Of a DNA stretch of 64,000 bases, positions 54,731 through 64,000 are shown one piece after another (the stretch's first letter is position 1; each line of letters starts with the position of its first letter). The stretch is taken from contig CAJNYD010000044.1 of NCBI GenBank assembly GCA_905331295.1, forward strand, positions 1 through 64,000, read 5' to 3'. Source of the stretch: Rotaria socialis (lineage: Eukaryota). The position numbers were made by a program, and so were the translations under genes. Under the pieces are notes generated by a model that ran no database searches, had not been told where the DNA came from, and worked only from the letters and a program-made list of their open reading frames with translations.

Positions 54731-55388
54731 TCAGAGAACAGTTGCGTACTGAAAGCCAAAGTGTACGCTTGGATCGTATTCTGTCATCTCTACGACAAGT
54801 TCTCCCCCATGAATACGTGCAGTAGGATTGTCTGTGCGCAAGCCAACATCAATAATGTGCGTTCCGGGACTTAATAACACCACGTCTGTTTTCGCACAAG
54901 AGGCACATACCCAAGTTGCGGATCCACTGTGGAAAAAACTCCCACCCTGCGCATCCAGTTGGTCTAGGTTCAAACCCATTTGTGATGCTAACGTTGCGCG
55001 TCGATCAGTATTGGGCATAAGTCTTATTCAAATTGAGGACGTTATTGTCGATCAATATTCGAATGAAATCACGGCCATTTATTACATTGAGTAAACACGA
55101 ACCTTGAAAATGAATTTTATATATCATTGGCACTGTGTGGTGAACGCCTAGTGACAAGTCAGAAACTTTGGAAAAGACCTGTGACGCTGATGAAGCATCA
55201 AAAGACCAAGATGCTTGGCTTCGTCTGTAAAAATGTACGGGCTGTGCTGCTCTGAAATTACGAGAACTACTTTTTGATTGAATCGCCGGGACTTCTATGA
55301 TTTTAATTGTAGTTGTATTTGATGCAATGGTACTCGTCGTAACTGAAGTTAAAACTAGGAACAGAGTCGTCAGACGATTTGCGACCAT
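54731..55388 (-). pseudogene. Intronless secreted protein of unknown function, split by one frameshift near 55020-55035
   Basis: A signal-peptide ORF (55388-55005) overlaps a second ORF (55018-54731) in another frame. Together they read as one beta-rich protein (...ILIDNNVL.LN / LMPNTDRR...VVLLSPGTHIIDVGLRT). Confidence 0.55.
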
Positions 55389-56403
55389 TTGAATTTCGTC
55401 CTTTGAAGTTGAGTTTTTTGAAAAAAATAATCACTTAATCAAACTAAAAATATTATTAAAGCAATTGTAATTCGCTTAATATATTTTTCGGCAAGAAAAA
55501 CAATTCATTAAGAGATGAGTGTGGGCGAGCAAGATCAGTCATCCTATTCCGCAATGTTGAACATTCCGAAACTAGTTCCTTTTGAAGATATTATTAGGTA
55601 CACAAAAAGATTCATAAAGCACTAGTTGAAAGCTACAGTCTACCAAGAAAAATGTAAAACACTAACTGTCAAAAATCAGGACACATACTCTCAAGACGAG
55701 AAGAGCATCATTCGCACAAATTGAACTTCATATCATACAAGAGAATATAAATCATCTTGCGTTTTCTACGCTGGTCGATGAAGTTGCAAGAAAAAAATCA
55801 TACCAACCCAGTTAAGATGCTTTGACTGACAGCAAAACAAAATAGGGACATACCTTATATAGATTGATTAATGATCTCGTATTATGAGGAATAAATTTTC
55901 TTCTATCATGCGGTTCATTCAAGATTATTCATTTCAATTATTATTCAGTGCATTCGACTATATATAATTCAAACGAAACAGGAAAAACATTTACTTGCTG
56001 GTTCTCATTCCCATAGCATTCAGGTTATTAACTAGATTTTCATCATTATATTTTGCAGAAGCGAAGAACGAAGAAAGTAAAGAGTAAGTTAATCATTTGC
56101 AATTCAAAAAGGTCTAAGCAATGACTTGAGAGTGTGCATATTTATTCGATATTCATAATCACACCCATACCATTATCTATTCACACCTTCAGGCTGGTAT
56201 ACGTTGCAAAATTCGTTTAGAAAAGAACATTATTGATTTATCATTTTCGAACTTTTTAAGAATCGCACAAAAAAGAGAGTTATTTGAAGAAACAAGTTTA
56301 AAACAAAAGAGAAAGTATAATTAAATTGTTATGTGTCTTTGAAAGATTCGTGATATCAAATCTTTCTCATATATATTTCATTACTGAAAACCTAAGAACG
56401 AAT

Positions 56404-58394
56404 TTAATTCGACGACATTATATTTTTGAATTGACGCATCAATGCTGATGAATCAGCTTTAGCTGGTAATTCAACAAGAACTTCTTGTTTTGATATAAGT
56501 TTCGTTTGATTAATATTCAATCCATTAACTTGTTCACGAATTTTTGATCCATTAATAGGTAAACGATAAAGAGTTCCAACGAGAGAAAATATTTCATATG
56601 ATTTGAGAACATCTTTTGAGCTTGAGCGATCTTTTTCACTGTCAATTGTTCGTTTAAATAACTCCATTTCTTGTTCATAACTTTTCATCATTTCTTTAAG
56701 ACCTTGAATAACATCATTGTTTTGGCTACCAGAGTTTTTTTTCATTTGTTCTTCTCTTATAAAAAGTCTCAAATATTCTAATATATCATCATTTAATGGA
56801 AGCATTGAATTTGCATGAAGAAATTTTGCAAGTTTTTTATAAATATCTTCTATTTTTGTCTGTTCATCTCTTAAATCACTTATTCTTTTATCGATATCAG
56901 CTAATGAACATGATCCATTCAGACGAGCAATATTAGTTTCATATTCATATGTTATATGTTGATGTTCACTCCATAAACAATTACATTTTAAACATTTACC
57001 TAAATGAATTTAAAATACAAAAGAAAAATTTTCTTTTAATAAAGAAATGAAAAAAGTTTAATTAATAACCGCAGTGAAATATGTTTTCTCAATTGAGCTA
57101 ATGAATATTTTTTTTACTTTTATTTTCTTCACATAATCTTTATAATAATGAACTAAATTGATAAATAAAATATAGTCAATATCTAACCTGTTTTATAATT
57201 CATTGCTTCACATTCTTGCATTCTTCGATCATTAATAGTCTCTTGTACAACACCTTTCAAATAACATTCTTCATGACATTTTGATATGTATTCAATTTTT
57301 GTTTGATTATTAACAGTTATAGATTTACAACATTTTTCATTAATACAAACAGTTCTTGGATGAGCTAATGGAATAATTTTAGCTTCATTTTGTGGTAAAC
57401 CTTGATTAGCTAATTGCGGATTTTTAAGGACATTTTCTTTATGTTGTTTAGCAAGTTGAATATTTTCTTGAATAAGTTTTGCTATTTCAGCAATTGGACG
57501 TGTTAACTTTCTAACCAATTGTTCAGCTTCATTAAGTGAAAATGCATTACTAACAGCAAAAAGAGGACGTGTCACAATACAATTAATGAGATTTGAATAT
57601 TCCTTAATAGTATGATCCCAACTTTTTTGATAGCTTAATAATTGATCATTATTTAATCGAACACCATTTTTTCTCAATGCTAAATATCTAAATGATTCAT
57701 TATCTAATAGGAAAGTATTATCTCGTGAAAATGGTACATCAACATCATGATCTTTTTTATGTTGATCTAACAGTACTCGAAGAATTTTTGATGTTGCACC
57801 AGGTTTAAAAAAAGTCGCTCGAGCATTTGTAAATACAAAAATAATATTTTGATGTGCACTTTTATGTAAATGTCTTAGTAATTCATTGATACAAAATCTA
57901 AAAAGTATTGTTAAACGTTCTTCATTTGGTTTAAGTAGAATACAAATTCCATTTAAATGTTCATATTGTGATATAAAAGTTAAAATGTCAGAAAAAGCTT
58001 TTGTATCTAGTTCAAGACCACGTGTATCACCAATAACAGGTGAATTGATTATTCTTAAGTTTTTATCTCCGACAGGGAAAACAAAGCTTCGACATCGTTG
58101 TGTACATGATCGGCCTTCTTCATTACAATCTTCATGTTCATTTCTCTGTCCAATTTCAATTGTTTTTTGTTCAAGTGTATTACCGTCCGTAAATGAAAAT
58201 GCTGATGGTATAACTGCTTGAATTTTATCCTTACAAGCTTCTTCTAATGTATCATTACATAAATAATTGGCTAAAGCGTTGATAAATGTTGATATTCCAA
58301 CACCTGTTTGACCCAATAATAAAACATTTATGTCATTGGATGGATCACTATTTCTATTGGCCTTTATCATTAATGGTTCATTTGTTTTTGCCAT
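56404..58394 (-). CDS. P-loop GTPase-like protein (AIG1/septin-like TRAFAC fold) with Cys/His-rich and helical C-terminus; exons 58394-57188 and 56999-56404
   Basis: NVLLLGQTGVGISTFINALANYL, SCTQRCRSFVF, LRIINSPVIGDTRG, LNGICILLKPNEERLT, NIIFVFTNAR, LDNESFRYL, CH.ECYL...C..C..C.W..H.H. Frame is open across the intron. Confidence 0.8.
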
Positions 58395-59525
58395 ATTGTT
58401 CACTTAATTTTAAATATAAAAATTGTATTATTTTCTCTTAATTAGAAAAAGTTAGTTTTCAATAAAACTCATTTGACATGAAAAGAATTATGGTATTCAT
58501 TTTTGCAAATCTTATTTGCAAAAGAAAAGACGTCAAAATCTATCCTAAAATTATACAAGCTTAACATAAAATATTTCGATTAAATCTAATGCTTTTCTCA
58601 TAGAATTGATGACTGAGATATGAAGCAATTTTACTAGTTGAAAGATTTCCAAAATCGATTGTAATATTTCTTCATTCATGAGAATCAGACATTGATTAAA
58701 GTATTTTTCATCGCGGACACCAGAACGATTAATGTACAATCGGAGTTTTTTTCTATTCAGAAAATTTTACGTTACACTCATGAAATGTTTTAACATAAAA
58801 ATGACTTAGCCTACCGCCACAGTATATGGGGGAAAGAGAAAATATGATACTCAGGGAGTAAAGTGAGTGCAGTACACGTAGAATGCAGTGACAGTAAAGA
58901 TAAAATCTACTTCAGCTGTACTCCCAGTGTACTCCATCTGTACTACCACTCTTCCGTGTACGAGAGTCTCGCTTTTTATCCACATAGGGTGTGGATGTAA
59001 TTGGTTGTATATGATAAAGACATCGACATCCACGCCCATCCTTATTATATGTATACTGTTACTGTTGTTCGTAATATAATTTGATGTTAAAATTTTTTCC
59101 AGTGATCTAACAAATTTAAAAAAAGCCTGAAAAATACAGAAATCATCAGCTGCAAGTAAGTTCAATGTTCATTTCATTATATTTGCTTGTATTCTTTTTC
59201 ATATACTGAATTCGGAGCCTACTTAAGCGATTTCTGCTTCGAACATTATTAATTAGTGATTGAGTAAATCTACGTTTGCGATATTTTACTAAAATATAAT
59301 GCATAGGAACATATGCGGGCCACCAGAGGGCAATTGGTGGCAATTGCCACACCTAAACAAATATTGTGGCACATGCAAAATTATTAGTAGATATATCAAA
59401 GGGTGTTACGATAGTTGGAAGTTGAGACGGGCTGTGATCCGCCCCAAATATTCCAAAATTGTCTTGCAACGTATTTCACAAAATGAAATGTATAGTACCT
59501 TAAGCGTAATTTTATAAATTAGCAC

Positions 59526-59771
59526 CAGTGTTGCCAAAAGTCGAACTCAAAAATCCGGAAAAAATGCTGAAAAGCTCTGAAAAAATCAGCATAAATTTCG
59601 AAACAATGCATACCGTACGTCGAAACTTTCAGAAAAGATTGAAAAAATGCAGAAAATCTGAAAATTTTCTGAAAAATCCCCAAAAAAATCTCAAAAAAAC
59701 CGAAAAAATCAAGGAAAATTCTAGACAAAACCCCGAAAAACTTTCACAACTCGGAAGATCTGGCAACACTG
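59526..59771. mobile_element. hAT-like MITE
   Basis: TIRs CAGTGTTGCCA / TGGCAACACTG around an A-rich repetitive interior. Flanks ATTAGCAC / ATTACTTC match only partly. Confidence 0.75.
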
Positions 59772-59815
59772 ATTACTTCCCTCAAAATTTTTGAGAAGTA
59801 GGATTTCATGACTTG

Positions 59816-59816
<1 letters not shown>

Positions 59817-59914
<98 letters not shown>

Positions 59915-59918
59915 GGGG
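59817..59918. repeat. ~100-nt poly-G tract flanked by GGATTTCATGA direct repeats; length probably artefactual
   Basis: Direct read; followed by a C-run at 59932-59945. Confidence 0.7.
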
Positions 59919-61959
59919 ATTTCATGAATTACCCCCCCCCCCCCTCATTTTTGGTTCCTCGCGACACCCCTGGGTATATCTATCTGTATACATACATATG
60001 CCACACCCAAAACATGGCTGTCTTTTTAAAAAATTCGCTATTATTATTTATTGCCACACCTCCATATGAGACGTTGGCCCGGCGATGCATAGGAATACAC
60101 ATTTTCTATTGAATGTATGAAATAAATTTCAATTCAGGGTATGTTTTCAGGAAAAAAATAAGTTAAACGCCTCAAAAAGAAAGAGCCTAGCTGTCTTATC
60201 GATGTGAAAATATCTGTAAGGATAAAAATGCTTCATTTTTATTTCGTTCGAAAAACGAACCTTTCTGACTGAATCGTTAAGAAGAATGAATTATTTGATG
60301 ACTTCATTTACTTTCAAAACTGTGTGGAAATCGGCAAAGAGTTTTACAATGTATAGTAACGAATTTGGTAAATGTATCAAAATGACCGAAAGAAATAATT
60401 TCGAAAAAATTCGATTTAACATTTTTCGACTGACAATATGAACATTTTTTATTTTCTAAAAACACTTCAAGTTCACCAAAACATGAAATGAATGAAACAT
60501 AATTAGTAATAAAATTAATAAAAAGAAGATGCTTCTTTACTTAGATGCTTATTTCTCTTATTTGACTACGGTGAATGAGAAGTCATCTAATAATTGATCA
60601 ACATCGATTTCAAAAAGCGTTTATTATATAAGTATTGTATCGTTTTCTTTCTCAAGTCCGATGTTTCTTTAGTTCCGTTTCTTTTCTCATTCGATATAAA
60701 AAAAGCGTTCAATACTAATAGAGGATTATCTTTATTAGAGTCGGCAAAATGTATGATGTCGAATCAGCGAAAGAGGTTTTAGCGAAAAGTTTTTCAGCGA
60801 AAATATGTTTTGTGCGAATTGTGAAGTGTGAAACAGTGAACTGTAGAATAGTGAAATCTTCAGTTTATAAAATAGACAGTAATATTTTATTCAATTTGAG
60901 ACAAAAATGCAATGCATTATCACCAAATGATAGAAAAAAGTACAGATTCAGAAATGAAGTATTTGAATGAGAAAAGGGTGTGGGTGTTGATGCGGGGCCT
61001 GGGGATGGGGTGTGAGTTTAAACAAAAGCGTCAGACACCCCACACTCAAGAGTAGAACGAGCAAGAGCTACCATATATACACATGCATCAGCATGATGAT
61101 TCATCGTCAAACATGAGCAATCGAATCTTATCAAGAAAAAATCTAATTTCTACAGTTGCTGTGTTTTTCCTAATAAAAAACTTCGAGTTTTCACTACTTC
61201 ACCCTTCGCAGTTTTATTTTCACTGAAAATGCTTTTCGCTATCATAGTTTTTGGTCAATCGACACCATATCCGTAATGTCATCTAATCTAAAACATTTTC
61301 AAAAAATGAATAGGAAAATAAAATTTTCGCTATTTTCACATGATCGACATTTCTTCTTACGACCATTTTGATGTCATTCATCTCACACATCTTTGTTGGA
61401 ATTACTATTAAATTAATCTAAGCGAGAATACACACTAAATATATTTCTCATTTATAGATTTCACATTGCAGGCAAATGAAATAAATATTAGTATCTTTTT
61501 GCAATTTTTATTAGTAAAAATTAAAAAAGAAAATTCAATCGTGTTTACGATTCTTCTCCTTTGTTTTCAATGCAAATATTATCTTTCAAAAAAGTATTCA
61601 TCACTTTTTCTTTTTGCAAACAGTCTACTGTTAAACCAATGAAAAATATAATTCCATTTATTTTTGTTCTCTTTCCTTGATCGTCTCCAAGACAGTATAT
61701 AGCAAAAAATTGAAGAAAGCAAATAATTTTGATATTAAAAGGGATTTTTCTCATATTCACAAAAGCAACTCGTATACTGGCTGCTCTCCGCATATTAAGC
61801 ATTTATATCTATAAACAGAACTCTAAAAAGGTATCTTCTAAAATTTAAATTCATCGATACGAAATAGAATGTCCTTTACTATTGGTGTCAGAAGAGCTTA
61901 ATACGTACTGAATTTATTTACCCCAAAAACTTAAGTGTAAAACGTAAGAGCCATCGTGA

Positions 61960-62345
61960 AAAGGGTTGGCCGTCATAATGTCGAAAGGAAAAATGCCGAA
62001 AAAATTATATTGACATGAAACATTGCCAGTTAATATTTTAGAGAATCGTAAATAATATAGTGTATGTTTTGTTGTATGAAATTAAGCTGAAATGTTAAGG
62101 GTGAGAAAATTTTTTAANCGTAAGAAGAAATGTCGATCATGTGAAAATAGCGAAAATTGAAAAAGCGGAAGAGTTGCCAATCCTGCCTATGTTGTTACAC
62201 GAAGGGTAAAGTCTTATTGGGAGTCTCACAGGAAGGTATAAAGGCATAGATTAAAGTTTGACTAATATACACTTCAGTAAAATTTGGTTGCCTGTAATAA
62301 TGTCGAAAGGAAAAATATCGAAAACATAATTTTGACATTAAAAAT
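61960..62345. mobile_element. Two related transposon-end-like fragments (GGTTG.C.GT.ATAATGTCGAAAGGAAAAAT)
   Basis: Similar sequences at ~61964 and ~62286, resembling the GTCGAAAG-containing ends of the 33447-34283 element. N at 62118. Confidence 0.45.
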
Positions 62346-62805
62346 AGTTGGCCAATGTCTACGAGTTATCTGTAGTAAAAAACAAGTTTTCTTATATTAG
62401 TTAGTTTTAACATTCTAACTGTGATTAAGTACAGATAATGAAGAAAATTGATAATATATAATCTTTTGCTTAGCAACTGTCAATGATAAACCATCTAAGT
62501 ATTCCATAGCATTAATAGAACTTTATAAACTTTAGCTAAACATCCATTAAGTGTACATATACAATGACTAGTAGTATTTGTTGTTTTATTCGCTTTGAAA
62601 ATATTCTTCTACTCTGAGCCAAAGACATCGGTGTGAAGCCACCACAGCACGACCTGCCAGCACGATCGTGATAGCAATTTCATTGGTCCGCCAAAACCAA
62701 CGAATCAAATTTTACGATAGTGAGCGCCGCTTGATGGTGCGCAATAATCTACATGCGTGCATTTCCAACGAAAGACAAAAGACAAATCCAGTACAGTGTT
62801 AGTTC

Positions 62806-63892
62806 TCTCCCAGTCTACGAAGGAAGAGGGAAAAAACACTTGCAAACTTCAAAGTCTTGCTACGGCAAGTGGTATAACTACCCCCGACCCTCACCCTTCG
62901 TTTTCCGGCGGCTCGATTTAGTATCCATCGATGCACCTTGACCAACACTATCGAGTGCGCTGGTAATTCTACCCGGAAAATGAAAGGAAGGAGAAAAAGT
63001 GCCCAAAAACTGCAAGATCTTGCTGTCTCCAGAGATTCAACACTCTCTGACAGTCTCCCTTCGTCTTCCGGTGGCTGAATTACACATCGATCGATACCCC
63101 CCAACCGGGACTAACAACTTCATTCCTTGTTCTCTCCCGGACAACGAAGCGACAGGGAGAAAATGCCCAAAAACTATTAAATCTTGCTGTCTCCTGATAT
63201 CCAACCCCCTATGACAGTCTCCCTTCGTTTGCCGGGAGCCCAATTAGTCATCGAGAGATGTGTCTCGACTAGGGCTACCCACTGCCACCGTTTATTCTCT
63301 CCCGGAAACGATAGGCGACTCGCAGATACTGTTTTATCGGGCGGATCAGCACGATTTTCCAGTTTTATGGCGTTTTCTCCATGTCGCTTCATTTTCCGGG
63401 AGATAACAAGAAGTGCAATGGATAGCCCTGGTTGAGAGGCATCGATTGATGTGTAATTCGATCGCCGGAAAGCAAAGGGAGACGGTCAGTGGGTGTTGGA
63501 TCTCAGGAAATAGCAAGATGGTGCAGTTTTTGGGCACTTTTCCTCTTTCCTTTCGTTTTCCGGGAGAGAACAAGGAGTGCAATGGATAGCCCTGGTTGAG
63601 ATGCATCCATCGATGTGCAATTCAGCTCCCGGAAAACGAAGGGGAGACTGTCCGAGGGTATTGCATCTGTGGAGACAGCAACATTTAATAGTTTTTGGGC
63701 ATTTTCTCCCTGTCGCTTCGTTTCCCGAGAGCGCGGAAGCTGTGCAGTCGATAGCCCTGATGAAGCTGCATTGATTGATACTAAATTGAGCTCCTGGAAA
63801 GCGAAGGGTGAGGGTCAGGTGGATGTCATGCCACTTGTTATAGCTAGATTTTGTAGTTTAAGGTGTTTTCTGGCGGATCATTCGTTTCCCGG
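62806..63892. mobile_element. Fold-back element: three ~165-bp tandem units followed by three inverted units
   Basis: Left units start at ~62807, 62973 and 63137. Reverse-complement units end at ~63563, 63727 and 63892. Centre near 63345. GC-richer than the flanks. Confidence 0.8.
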
Positions 63893-64000
63893 TGGTGAAC
63901 GATGCTTTTTCTGGGTGGCTCGGCTGCATCTGGGCGATTGCTAATCGAATTGGTTCGTTCGGTGCGCTGGAACAATCGTTTTTGAGGCATTTTTCATTAT

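Noticed and set aside
54760..55040. Programmed ribosomal frameshift in the secreted-protein gene
   Set aside because: No X XXY YYZ slippery site or obvious downstream structure at the junction. A simple indel is more parsimonious.
59519..59794. Lys-rich and Phe-rich ORFs
   Set aside because: Translations of the A-rich interior of a MITE.
59813..60112. Poly-glycine ORF
   Set aside because: It is only the translation of a ~100-nt G run, whose length is likely inflated by sequencing or assembly. No other coding signal.
62753..63944. Cluster of GC-rich short ORFs on both strands
   Set aside because: They mirror each other because of the fold-back repeat. No recognisable domain.
1..64000. tRNA, rRNA, prokaryotic operons or an intact transposase
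   Set aside because: None recognisable by eye. Small ncRNAs cannot be excluded without covariance-model searches.

Overview
AT-rich eukaryotic genomic DNA with many ~55-60 nt GT-AG introns. It is most likely a bdelloid rotifer (Rotaria/Adineta-like), inferred from the gene families and intron sizes. The first ~40 kb is a compact block of conserved genes: DDX39B/UAP56, LDB/Chip, tandem alpha-L-fucosidases, SSR4 head-to-head with SDF2, a FERM-PTP (PTPN14/21-like), COG2, an MPPED-like gene and a PIM kinase. Between them lie MITEs, a composite repeat element and a MULE relic. From ~45 to 58.5 kb is an accessory region of lineage-expanded genes: GST, GPCR and F-box pseudogenes, an intact ADP-ribosyltransferase-LRR gene, a frameshifted secreted protein and a GTPase with mutated P-loop motifs. 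The last ~5 kb is repeat-rich and ends in a ~1.1 kb fold-back element built from ~165-bp units. Main highlights: three interchangeable fucosidase first exons on an apparently homogenised gene body, an intracellular ART-LRR fusion flanked by inverted MITEs, three open-frame pseudo-enzymes, and operon-like gene junctions. Exon boundaries were read by eye, and family calls come from motif recognition, not database searches.
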